Made by a program: the position numbers and the translations under genes. DNA of 64,000 bases from the IMG/VR virus record IMGVR_UViG_3300045988_159027. The stretch is one strand, 5' to 3'. Numbering within the stretch: the first letter of the stretch is position 1; each line of letters begins with the position of its first letter. The notes under the pieces are model-generated. The model was not told where the DNA came from. It searched no databases and saw only the letters and a list, made by a program, of their open reading frames with translations. This DNA comes from a virus. Of the stretch, positions 55,077 to 63,296 are shown one piece after another.

Positions 55077-56903
55077 ATGGCACGGAGAAACGAATATGAA
55101 TCTGCCCGCGAGGAATCACTCCGACGGGCACAGCGTCACGCCTCGGCATTGTCGGGCATGCAGGAAGCGGAGGAGCAGGAAACTGCGGCCAACTACATCT
55201 ACATGAATCCGGCCCAACGTGCGGTGTACAACTACCGATGCCGGAATACCACCGTAGAAGCAGGCCGTGGTACAGGTAAGACCGACGGACTGATTACGCC
55301 CGAAATGGCCGGTTGCATCCAGTCCATGCCGCGCGGAACCGGACTTTTCTTAGGTAACAGTATCAAGCAGCTTTTCACAAAGACCGTACCTAAAACGCTT
55401 TACTCGCTGGAGCGAATGACCGGACTGAAAGAGGGAGTCCATTTCTTTCGTGGACACGCTCCGGCCAAATGCAATTTCAAGGAACCCATCGTAAAGCCGA
55501 AGGTGTGGGAAAACTGCATCCACTTCTGGAACGGATTCGTGTACTACATGATTTCTACCGGAGTGAAGGCTGCTGCCAACGGTATGGACTCGTGCTCCAT
55601 TATCGGCGACGAGTGTCGTTTTATGCCGGAGGGACTGATTAAGGCCGAAATTCTTCCTACGCTTCGTGGTATCAACACCAATCATCCCGGATTTGATGAA
55701 AACCTGAATCCGTATTACAAGAGTATATTCTTTGTAAGCGATGCACCGCTTACAAAGCGTCAGGCATGGCTCCGGAAGCGCCGTGAAGAGCAGACACCGG
55801 AAATAAACCGGAAGATTGCGGAGATGATACGTGAGGCACAGATCTGCCCGGAAATCGTGCAGTCCCCCAAATACCAGCGTGAACTTAATAAGCTGCGCTG
55901 CCAGGCCAGCATCTACTTCTCCTTTTCAAGCATAGAAAACATCGACATTCTGGGCGAACAGTTCATCCGCACCATGCAGAAGGAACTTACCCCCACCATG
56001 TTCGACATCTCCATCCGTAACGTCGAGAAGGAAGAAATAAACGACGGATATTATGCCAATTTCGACCCCGACGTGCACTGTTACCTCAGTAACGACGAAG
56101 AGCAGCTGGAAGCCGCACAGAAATATAAGAAACGCACCATTACGCAGATATACAGCGGCGGGCGTACCCTGCGTGTGGAGTCGGAAAGCATCGACCTGAA
56201 CGAGCTTTCAAAGGCACAGGACTGCTGTCTGGACACCGACATAAAGCCCGGCGAACCGCTGCGCATCGCCTTCGACTACAACGCACACATCAACTGTCTG
56301 GTGATTGGGCAGACCGACAGCCGGAGCAACACCAGCGTGCTGCGCATACTCAACAGCATGACCAACGTAAAGAACACCCGTATCGAGGGACTTTGCAAAA
56401 TGTTCTGCAAGTATTACGAGCCGCACCGCCTGACCTGCCGCGACGTGATTTTCTACTACGACGACACCGCCAAGCAGGGAGCAGCCTATGCCAGTGAGCG
56501 CCACGAAGAAACCCGTTTCTACAACATCGTGAAGAAAGTGCTTCGCAGTCACGGATGGAACGTCACCGAAATATCCATGGGACGGCCAATGAGCCACAAC
56601 AAGAAGTATGAGTTCCTGAACGGATGTTTTGCCGGCACGCAGCGCCCGTTCCTTCGCATCAATAAGGAGAACAACGAGTATCTGATTGCCTCCATGGAGA
56701 ATGCACGTGTGAAGGAAGGGCGCAACGGTTTTGAGAAAGACAAGAGTCAGGAGAAGAACCGCGTATCGAAGGAGGTGGACGACATCGAGGCAGAATTGAG
56801 TACACGTACCGACCTGAGCGACGCATTCGACACGCTGGTTATCGGTGTGCGCTATTACGGATCGGGCCGCATGATAGGTGTGGGTATGCCGATGTCGGCT
56901 TAA
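55077..56903 (+). CDS. terL: Terminase large subunit
   Basis: Walker A GRGTGKT and Walker B-like SIIGDE. 608 aa with the nuclease half at the C-terminus. Confidence 0.85.
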   Translation: MARRNEYESAREESLRRAQRHASALSGMQEAEEQETAANYIYMNPAQRAVYNYRCRNTTVEAGRGTGKTDGLITPEMAGCIQSMPRGTGLFLGNSIKQLFTKTVPKTLYSLERMTGLKEGVHFFRGHAPAKCNFKEPIVKPKVWENCIHFWNGFVYYMISTGVKAAANGMDSCSIIGDECRFMPEGLIKAEILPTLRGINTNHPGFDENLNPYYKSIFFVSDAPLTKRQAWLRKRREEQTPEINRKIAEMIREAQICPEIVQSPKYQRELNKLRCQASIYFSFSSIENIDILGEQFIRTMQKELTPTMFDISIRNVEKEEINDGYYANFDPDVHCYLSNDEEQLEAAQKYKKRTITQIYSGGRTLRVESESIDLNELSKAQDCCLDTDIKPGEPLRIAFDYNAHINCLVIGQTDSRSNTSVLRILNSMTNVKNTRIEGLCKMFCKYYEPHRLTCRDVIFYYDDTAKQGAAYASERHEETRFYNIVKKVLRSHGWNVTEISMGRPMSHNKKYEFLNGCFAGTQRPFLRINKENNEYLIASMENARVKEGRNGFEKDKSQEKNRVSKEVDDIEAELSTRTDLSDAFDTLVIGVRYYGSGRMIGVGMPMSA

Positions 56904-56937
56904 TGAAGAATTAAGAATGAAGAATTAAGAATGATTA

Positions 56938-57378
56938 ATGAGTAAGAAGAAGCTGAAATATCAGGACCCGGCCCTGCAGCCGCCCAAAGCGCTGATGCAG
57001 CTGGTGGATGCCTTTACCGACACCTACAAGCCGGTGGAGCGGGAGGAGTATGCCGACGAAGTGTTTACCGTGCGCCGCATCCGTGAATACTTCCAGGCAT
57101 GGCCCATTCCGAAGATGCCCGACCCTCTTCCTCCGTACCTGGTGGAACTGGAGCGCCGGGGATTCGCCATGCAGACGGCCTACGACGGACACCCCGCCCT
57201 GTTCTGCGTGCGCTGGCAGGTGGACGAGGAAATCTGCACTGCTGAAGAAACGCACGACAAGGAAGCCGAAGTGCGCACCGGACTGGTGAGCATGAAAGCC
57301 CTCATTGCCCGCCGTATGATGGAGCGTCCGGCAGACGAGGATGAAGAGGAAGAAGATGAATGGGGCGAAGAAGAATAG
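56938..57378 (+). CDS. Hypothetical protein with acidic tail
   Basis: 146 aa. C-terminus is DEDEEEEDEWGEEE. Confidence 0.5.
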   Translation: MSKKKLKYQDPALQPPKALMQLVDAFTDTYKPVEREEYADEVFTVRRIREYFQAWPIPKMPDPLPPYLVELERRGFAMQTAYDGHPALFCVRWQVDEEICTAEETHDKEAEVRTGLVSMKALIARRMMERPADEDEEEEDEWGEEE

Positions 57379-57556
57379 CCCTGATAGAAACGATGACCCC
57401 CGCCCGCTTCAGGGAAAGACGGACAGGGGTGAAGTGAGAATTTTAAAACACAATGCAAATATAAGGAAAATAATTTATAATCGTCAATGATTTTATATTT
57501 TCCACCGAATTTTAGCTAATTTTGCGTGTGATGCAACAATTTTAATATATACAGCC

Positions 57557-57988
57557 ATGAAAATGCGCAGACTTATCAAGGCACTTTTCAGCAGGAAAAA
57601 GAAAAATGCCGCAGCCATATACCTGTCACGGTTTGACACCATAGATAAAATGATACGTGAGAAACTGATTGGAATTGACGTGAAAGAGTGTTACGTGGCC
57701 CTCGACCTCTCCGTGCATCTGCTCTACAAGGATGAAGACCGGAAGTATGCCGCATTCTTCGACACCCTCCGCGCTTTCATCAACTATCATCGCGGATATA
57801 TAGACCTTCCCATGCTTCAGCCGGAAGAACGCATCAACTTCTGCGTGAACTTCCGCCGTGAGATACGCTTCGACCTGGAGAATGAAGAGTTTTACGACGA
57901 ACCCCGGGTGGAATACATACCGTGGCTGGTAGGATTCTGCCAGTCGGGCACCGTGGTTTACGATGTTTTCGAACAAGGTAAGAAGTGA
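57557..57988 (+). CDS. Hypothetical protein
   Basis: 143 aa. A TAATTTTG -7 box lies upstream at about 57515. Confidence 0.5.
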   Translation: MKMRRLIKALFSRKKKNAAAIYLSRFDTIDKMIREKLIGIDVKECYVALDLSVHLLYKDEDRKYAAFFDTLRAFINYHRGYIDLPMLQPEERINFCVNFRREIRFDLENEEFYDEPRVEYIPWLVGFCQSGTVVYDVFEQGKK

Positions 57989-58020
57989 GTTTTCAGGAAT
58001 GTATGCTTTTAAGCATTGAC

Positions 58021-58058
58021 AGATGTGCCCGGCTGCGAAGTCGGGCACATCTGTTTAA
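58021..58058 (+). terminator. Rho-independent terminator
   Basis: AGATGTGCCCG / CGGGCACATCT 11-bp stem followed by a T-rich run. Confidence 0.7.
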
Positions 58059-58154
58059 ATTTGATAAATTTGCAAATGCAGCCGCTCTGCCTTTATACGC
58101 ACGAAGGAAGAACACAAATAAATCAACTATTTAAAACAAAAAAGGAGGATAAAA

Positions 58155-58448
58155 ATGAAACCTCAAACTAAAACGTACAAGCATGTGATAGACTTGTACT
58201 TTGAAAGCGTGCCACACAGCATCCGCACATTCAGCGTTCATGGCAATACATTAATTTACATTGAATACGAAGATTATCTGAGCGAACACCATGTAACGGA
58301 AGCCCTTCTACGATTATTGGGCACCAGCGTTCTTCTCAGTATCAAGCGAAACTGTTCCGAGCGGCTATTCCAGGAAATACAGCAGCGTTACGGCCTATTC
58401 ATGAGCCAGCTTGAGCTCTGCGCTGTGATGTCTGAATACGAAGCCTGA
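58155..58448 (+). CDS. Hypothetical protein, paralog family (copy 2 of 3, divergent)
   Basis: The segments LIYIEYEDYLSEHHVTEALLRLLGTSVLLSIKRNCSERLFQEI are similar to 16893..17207 and 61679..61993. Confidence 0.6.
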   Translation: MKPQTKTYKHVIDLYFESVPHSIRTFSVHGNTLIYIEYEDYLSEHHVTEALLRLLGTSVLLSIKRNCSERLFQEIQQRYGLFMSQLELCAVMSEYEA

Positions 58449-58455
58449 CGTTTAC

Positions 58456-58489
58456 TCCCCTCCGCATGGTTTTGCGAAGGGGATTTTTT
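58456..58489 (+). terminator. Rho-independent terminator
   Basis: TCCCCTCCGCA / TGCGAAGGGGA stem (one mismatch) followed by TTTTTT. Confidence 0.6.
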
Positions 58490-58552
58490 GTATTTATTTG
58501 TCAAAAATGAAAAATAAAGTTATTTTCGCCGTGAACTTTAAACTTAACAGTT

Positions 58553-59422
58553 ATGGATACAAGAAAAATACCAGTGGAGCCTTTATCTCCACAACTCACG
58601 TATGAGCCTTCACCATCAGTACCTCAGACCGTACACTATCAGAGCCGTATAACCGGGATAAAACACTGTCTGGACGAAAAACAATATGAAGAGTTTGAAA
58701 ACACGGTGTTCAGAAGAGAATCTGTCAGACTGATTCCCGAACCCGAAAACCAGTTTGACGGAAACGCCATTGCAGCCTATACAGCCGACGGAGTAAAATG
58801 CGGATACATCGCACGTGAAGAAACAGCGATGATAAAAAGCCTTATGGAAGAGCCTGATTTTAAAGCCAGTTTGTTTTACATGGATTTCATGGCCGGCAGC
58901 GCAAAGATAGAAATAACCGTCAGCACATCTGTTTCTCTTTATCTCATGAAGCTGTTCTGCCAATACACACCGTTTGAATTATGCAAGGCAAATTATCTTT
59001 ATATCCGCTGGGGTGGGATACCCGACAGCACCGAAGAAGGAATATTCTCTTCCGAGGAACTGAGCATGGATTTTGACAGATTATCGCAGCTTGAACTCAT
59101 GTATCAGGACCGTTTGGCGCAGGAGTGGGAATATAGGATGGGAAAGGCCACGGTGGAGAATCCCGATAGACCCAAAGCACGCATGAGCGTTCCTCTCGAC
59201 CTTTCCGTTTACGGGACAAGCTGGAAAGACATAGACCTTCACGACACCTCACTCATTGATCTCATTGAAACGGAAAACAAGATGCTGGCCCTCTACATCC
59301 GGATGCGAAGAAAAGGGATAAACCTCTCTCCGGAAGAATGTAACGAACAGATGGCAGACGGCACGCTGAGCGAAACGGTGCTGAAACGGATGCACTTTGA
59401 GTATGATAATAACAGGCTATAA
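58553..59422 (+). CDS. HIRAN-domain protein
   Basis: The segment VRLIPEPENQFDGNAIAAYTADGVKCGYIAREETAMIKSLM fits the HIRAN pattern (EPxNxxDxNAI...GY(I/V)xRExA). Confidence 0.55.
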   Translation: MDTRKIPVEPLSPQLTYEPSPSVPQTVHYQSRITGIKHCLDEKQYEEFENTVFRRESVRLIPEPENQFDGNAIAAYTADGVKCGYIAREETAMIKSLMEEPDFKASLFYMDFMAGSAKIEITVSTSVSLYLMKLFCQYTPFELCKANYLYIRWGGIPDSTEEGIFSSEELSMDFDRLSQLELMYQDRLAQEWEYRMGKATVENPDRPKARMSVPLDLSVYGTSWKDIDLHDTSLIDLIETENKMLALYIRMRRKGINLSPEECNEQMADGTLSETVLKRMHFEYDNNRL

Positions 59423-59438
59423 ACAAGAAAAAAAAGAA

Positions 59439-60347
59439 ATGAAAAACTTCTATATAATTTTATTTATATCATTAATATTTTTTTCATGTGAGAAGAAATA
59501 TGATACGCTTACAGATAGCAAGGGTAATAAGATAGTACAATTAGTTAAACTAAATAATGAAAAAGAAAAAGATCTGGATGGGAATATTTTTGAAAATAAA
59601 AAAGCTTATCTTATAAACTATATAAGATGGGATAAAGAAGAATTAATGAGAATAGCAGAAAAGGTTGCAAAATATTACAATATAGAAGATTATGAAATGT
59701 ACTTTATACTTCCCACTTTAAAAGATGAAGTTTTAAACTCTGAACAACCATCGGATTATCTTACAGATTGTATAGTTCCTTATGAATATAGAAAAGAATA
59801 CAATAACGCAAACAAAAATATACATTCTAAGGTATTAGAGCGCGATGGATATTCAGGAAGTATTTATACGCATATACGCTATCATGATAAAGATTCATTG
59901 TTATTAATAGACATAATGGATTCTTTAGGAATATCATTTGCACAATTTTATGATAAAAAAATAGAAAATCCTAAATTAATAGATTGTTATGCAACTTACA
60001 GTCCAATTAAAAAATTTCTTTTTATAGAAAATATTCATCAAGGTGATTTTTTCAGTATAGACAGTGTCAATGTAATTAAAGCTGTAGATAAGCCTTTAGC
60101 TGTAAAATTTTTTACAAATAAATATTTAACTAAGGAGCAGATTTTACGCTTAAAAAGAAATAATAATATAGGCGATGATAAAAATATATATTTTTATCTA
60201 TATAATGATTGGGATAAAGAAGATTATGCTTCAATACATTATTTTAATGGTACAAACGAATATGTGATTTACATGTTTAATGAAAAGAAGACATATACAT
60301 ATAATGTAAGTAAGGATGAATGGACTTTTTACAATCATAAGGAATGA
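59439..60347 (+). CDS. Lipoprotein (moron candidate)
   Basis: I prefer the ATG at 59439: MKNFYIILFISLIFFSC, a signal with lipobox. Extremely AT-rich gene. Confidence 0.7.
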   Translation: MKNFYIILFISLIFFSCEKKYDTLTDSKGNKIVQLVKLNNEKEKDLDGNIFENKKAYLINYIRWDKEELMRIAEKVAKYYNIEDYEMYFILPTLKDEVLNSEQPSDYLTDCIVPYEYRKEYNNANKNIHSKVLERDGYSGSIYTHIRYHDKDSLLLIDIMDSLGISFAQFYDKKIENPKLIDCYATYSPIKKFLFIENIHQGDFFSIDSVNVIKAVDKPLAVKFFTNKYLTKEQILRLKRNNNIGDDKNIYFYLYNDWDKEDYASIHYFNGTNEYVIYMFNEKKTYTYNVSKDEWTFYNHKE

Positions 60348-60386
60348 TATGATAAAAGTTTAGAATGAAAAAGTACGATTTTAATG

Positions 60387-60415
60387 TGATAATCAAATTA
60401 AAATTGTTACATTTG
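60387..60415 (+). promoter_or_regulatory. Class-I operator/promoter TGATAATCAAATTAAAATTGTTACATTTG
   Basis: 18 nt (TCAAATTAAAATTGTTAC) are identical to 28800-28817. Ends in a perfect TAnnTTTG box (60408-60415). Confidence 0.5.
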
Positions 60416-60490
60416 CCAAGAAATTAAAAGGGAGGAATGATTATTTCTCCCTTTCCGCTTGCTTTTGTGATATTTGTTGTATATTTGCAA

Positions 60491-60666
60491 TGCTCAACAT
60501 ACAACATACACAAATGCAGGTCGTGAACTTGCATAAATCGTGCAGGTTATTTTTGTGACCTCACTTTTAACATATTAGGTGTTATCGTACCCCCGTGTAA
60601 ACCTGTAATGGGAATACAGCATTTGTGTAATGTGTTGAGCAACGGGAAAGGCGATAACACTTTTTT
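60491..60666 (+). promoter_or_regulatory. Structured 5' leader of the KilA-N antirepressor gene
   Basis: 60491-60517 pairs with 60619-60641 (9 + 11 bp). 60579-60587 pairs with 60652-60660 and abuts a T6 tract. The two helices cross. Confidence 0.35.
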
Positions 60667-60680
60667 ATACATATATTGTT

Positions 60681-61682
60681 ATGCTCAAAAATTACACAAA
60701 TCAAATCTTCCAGTACAACGGAAGTCCTATTTCCTTTCAGAAAGGAAGTAGTGTAATGGTTAATGCAACTGAAATGGCAAAGCCTTTTGGGAAACGTCCG
60801 GCTAAATGGTTAGAACTTCCTTCAACAAAAGAGTTTTTAGCTACATTAGTCACTATCCGAAAATCGGACAGTGAATTTGTAAAAACAATTAATGGAGGTA
60901 CTACCGAAAAAGGGAAAGGCACCTGGATGCACGAAGATGTAGCCCTTGAATTTGCACGCTGGCTAAGTCCTGCATTTGCCATCTGGTGCAACGACCGTAT
61001 TAAAGAACTGCTGATGAACGGAACCGTCAGCACCCGAACCACACAAACTGACTACACATGCAATGAAAACACTCATGGAAGTGTAGAAAATCTTTCCGGA
61101 CTCCTCACTGAAATAGAAGAAGAGCTTTCCGAATCCATTTCCATGCTTCAGCACAAGAAAGACCGTATTTCCTACCTTAAATATCGTCTTGAACGTGAAG
61201 AAACCTTGTCGGAAGGAACTGCACAAAGCCAGTTTGAGCAGCGCATATCAAGGCTTGAACAGATGATACAGAATTATCTTTCAGGCGACAACGGTTCCGT
61301 CACGCCTGTAAACAAGAATCCCGAAACTACCACACATCCGTTCTACGCAAAAAAAGACATCCCATGCTACACCGTCAGTGAAATACGCGCCCGCTTCCGC
61401 GATGCCATGCTTGTGCGTCAGATGGCCCGCACCATGAGCCGTGAAAACGGGATAGTGGTACGCACGGCACGCCTTTTCGACTTCCTTCGCCGTGAAGGAT
61501 GGCTGCTTTCCACACCCGAATGTTACAACGCTCCTTCCGAAGAAAGCACAAAGCGCGGACTGATACTGGCCGCACACTCCAGCGCCACCGGTTCCGGAGT
61601 GAAATACTACACACCTTACATCACACGCGAGGGATACGAGTTCTTTTCACGCATCATCATGCAGAAAGGAGGCTACCTATGA
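60681..61682 (+). CDS. KilA-N / KilAC antirepressor-like protein
   Basis: The N-terminal segments IFQYNGSPISFQ, VNATEMAKPFGKRPAKWL, GTWMHEDVALEFARWLSPAFAIW are the KilA-N signature. The C-terminus is a KilAC domain paralogous to 16450..16896. Confidence 0.8.
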   Translation: MLKNYTNQIFQYNGSPISFQKGSSVMVNATEMAKPFGKRPAKWLELPSTKEFLATLVTIRKSDSEFVKTINGGTTEKGKGTWMHEDVALEFARWLSPAFAIWCNDRIKELLMNGTVSTRTTQTDYTCNENTHGSVENLSGLLTEIEEELSESISMLQHKKDRISYLKYRLEREETLSEGTAQSQFEQRISRLEQMIQNYLSGDNGSVTPVNKNPETTTHPFYAKKDIPCYTVSEIRARFRDAMLVRQMARTMSRENGIVVRTARLFDFLRREGWLLSTPECYNAPSEESTKRGLILAAHSSATGSGVKYYTPYITREGYEFFSRIIMQKGGYL

Positions 61683-61993
61683 ACAAGCGCGAAGCAAGAA
61701 AAGCCATAAACGGCTATTTCGGGGAAATAAGACACAGCATTATGTTTACCGTCACACGCCATGGCGTGCTGGCCTATGTGGAATACGAGGACTTCATGCC
61801 CGAACACACCGTGCGCCGTGAGCTGGAAAGCCTGCTCGGCAGCGGTTATCTGGTCAGTGTGAAACGCGAGTGCTCGCGCTCACTTTTCAAGGAGATTGTG
61901 GACTTTCTTTCGTCCGACACGAGCGGCCAGAAAACCCTTCTTATGATGATGGGAAACTACGTTTCTGCGCACCCCCTCCACAATAGCCTGTAG
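61679..61993 (+). CDS. Hypothetical protein, paralog family (copy 3 of 3)
   Basis: 104 aa. The 3' half is nucleotide-identical to 16893..17207. Confidence 0.65.
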   Translation: MNKREARKAINGYFGEIRHSIMFTVTRHGVLAYVEYEDFMPEHTVRRELESLLGSGYLVSVKRECSRSLFKEIVDFLSSDTSGQKTLLMMMGNYVSAHPLHNSL

Positions 61994-62085
61994 GGCCACT
62001 CAAAACAAATGCAGCAAACCACTTGAGAGGTTTGCTGCATATCGCTCGAGAGGTTTGCCGCAAACCACTTTAGAGGTTGCTGGCG
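61832..62085 (+). repeat. 254-bp perfect direct repeat, copy 2
   Basis: Identical to 17046-17299. Confidence 0.85.
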
Positions 62086-62115
62086 CACGATTCAAAAGCC
62101 AGTTTCAGTAGTGTT

Positions 62116-62155
62116 TTTTGTCCTTCAAAAACGGTCGGTCTGGGAGGTAATTTAG
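62116..62155 (+). promoter_or_regulatory. Class-II promoter-like element TTTTGTCCTTCA-N20-TAATTTAG
   Basis: GTCCTTCA at 62120-62127, TAATTTAG at 62148-62155, upstream of the HU gene. Confidence 0.45.
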
Positions 62156-62202
62156 AGTTGTCGAAAGACAAGTAGTACAAACCTTAAAAACACGATTAAA
62201 CT

Positions 62203-62685
62203 ATGGCAATCGTTTACGAAAAACAGAAAATCACCCTCGGCTTCAAGAAAGACAAGCCGGAGGTTTACCGCATCAAGCCGGTACGTCAGCAACCCGTCAC
62301 TTTCGACGACCTTCTTAATGAAGTGAGTAACTCATGCGGTGTGAACCGTTCGCAGACAAAAGCGGTGCTCGAAGCGCTTATCGACCGTATGATTGTGTTC
62401 ATGAACTACGGCATGCCCGTAAAGCTGGGCGACTTCGGTTCTTTCAAGCCTACCTTCAACTCAAAGACGGGAGCCACTGCCGACGATGTGACTGCCGAAA
62501 ACGTCACCCGAAAGAAAATCCTTTTCTATCCCGGCAAGCGTTTCAAGCAGATGCTTGAAGGAATGTCTGTCACTACGATGGAAGATTACGATGAAGAGGA
62601 GACAGCCGGACAGGAACCTGAACCGGGTGGAGGAACCGAGCAGGGAGGAACAGACCCTGACGAGGGAGGTGGCGGATTTACATAA
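62203..62685 (+). CDS. HU-family (Bacteroidetes HU-like) DNA-binding protein with acidic/Gly-rich tail
   Basis: The segments VTFDDLLNEVSNSCGVNRSQTKAVLEALIDRMIVFMNYGMPVKLGDFGSFKP are an HU/IHF-like fold signature. Confidence 0.7.
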   Translation: MAIVYEKQKITLGFKKDKPEVYRIKPVRQQPVTFDDLLNEVSNSCGVNRSQTKAVLEALIDRMIVFMNYGMPVKLGDFGSFKPTFNSKTGATADDVTAENVTRKKILFYPGKRFKQMLEGMSVTTMEDYDEEETAGQEPEPGGGTEQGGTDPDEGGGGFT

Positions 62686-62810
62686 AATCTTTCAGTCTTC
62701 TTTTTTTGTTGAGAGAGGGGTGCCCGTGAGGGTGCCTCTTTTTTTGTGAAAATGCTTGTGTAAATAAAGAATATTATGTACTTTTGCATTGGAAAAAGAA
62801 AGATAGCGCA

Positions 62811-63296
62811 ATGGAAACACAAAAAATCAAAGTACCCGTAAAGCAAGCTTTACCTATGATAGCAGAAATGGTGAAGCTAAAGTATGTAACCGACGCACTG
62901 GGAAAATCAAGCGGATGGATATATAACAAGTTAAATCATGAAAATACCACATCAAAGTCAAGCGGCTTTAATCAAACTGACGTAAACAAACTAAATGAAT
63001 TATTTTGTGAAATAGGAGAAAAGCTTATCAGTACAAGGATTTATATCCCAACGGTAGAGAATAAAGATTCACTTTCAGTAAGGCAGGAAATAATTGGGCA
63101 GATTCAGTCTGTATCAGATATGGTTTCAATGCCATATATATACATTGGTAAGATGAAGAAAAGCACCTCATGGTATCTTAACAGGATGCGAAAAAATTCT
63201 ACAAAAGCATCGTTTAAACAGGAAGACATCAATATGATAAATCTTTCACTCATTGAAATAGGGAACAAACTTCTATCTATTGAATTGACTCTGTGA
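62811..63296 (+). CDS. Hypothetical protein with internal duplication
   Basis: Two repeats: KSSGWIYNKLN...FNQTDVNKLNELFCEIGEKLIS and KSTSWYLNRMRK...FKQEDINMINLSLIEIGNKLLS. I prefer the start at METQKIK. Confidence 0.5.
   Translation: METQKIKVPVKQALPMIAEMVKLKYVTDALGKSSGWIYNKLNHENTTSKSSGFNQTDVNKLNELFCEIGEKLISTRIYIPTVENKDSLSVRQEIIGQIQSVSDMVSMPYIYIGKMKKSTSWYLNRMRKNSTKASFKQEDINMINLSLIEIGNKLLSIELTL

Noticed and set aside
17046-62085. The 254-bp repeat as a wrap-around of a circular 44.8-kb genome or an assembly concatemer.
   Set aside because: At offset 44,786 only these 254 bp are identical. Upstream similarity decays to about 80% and then to unrelated genes (for example cI-like 14213 vs HIRAN about 59000). 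Downstream sequences differ immediately.
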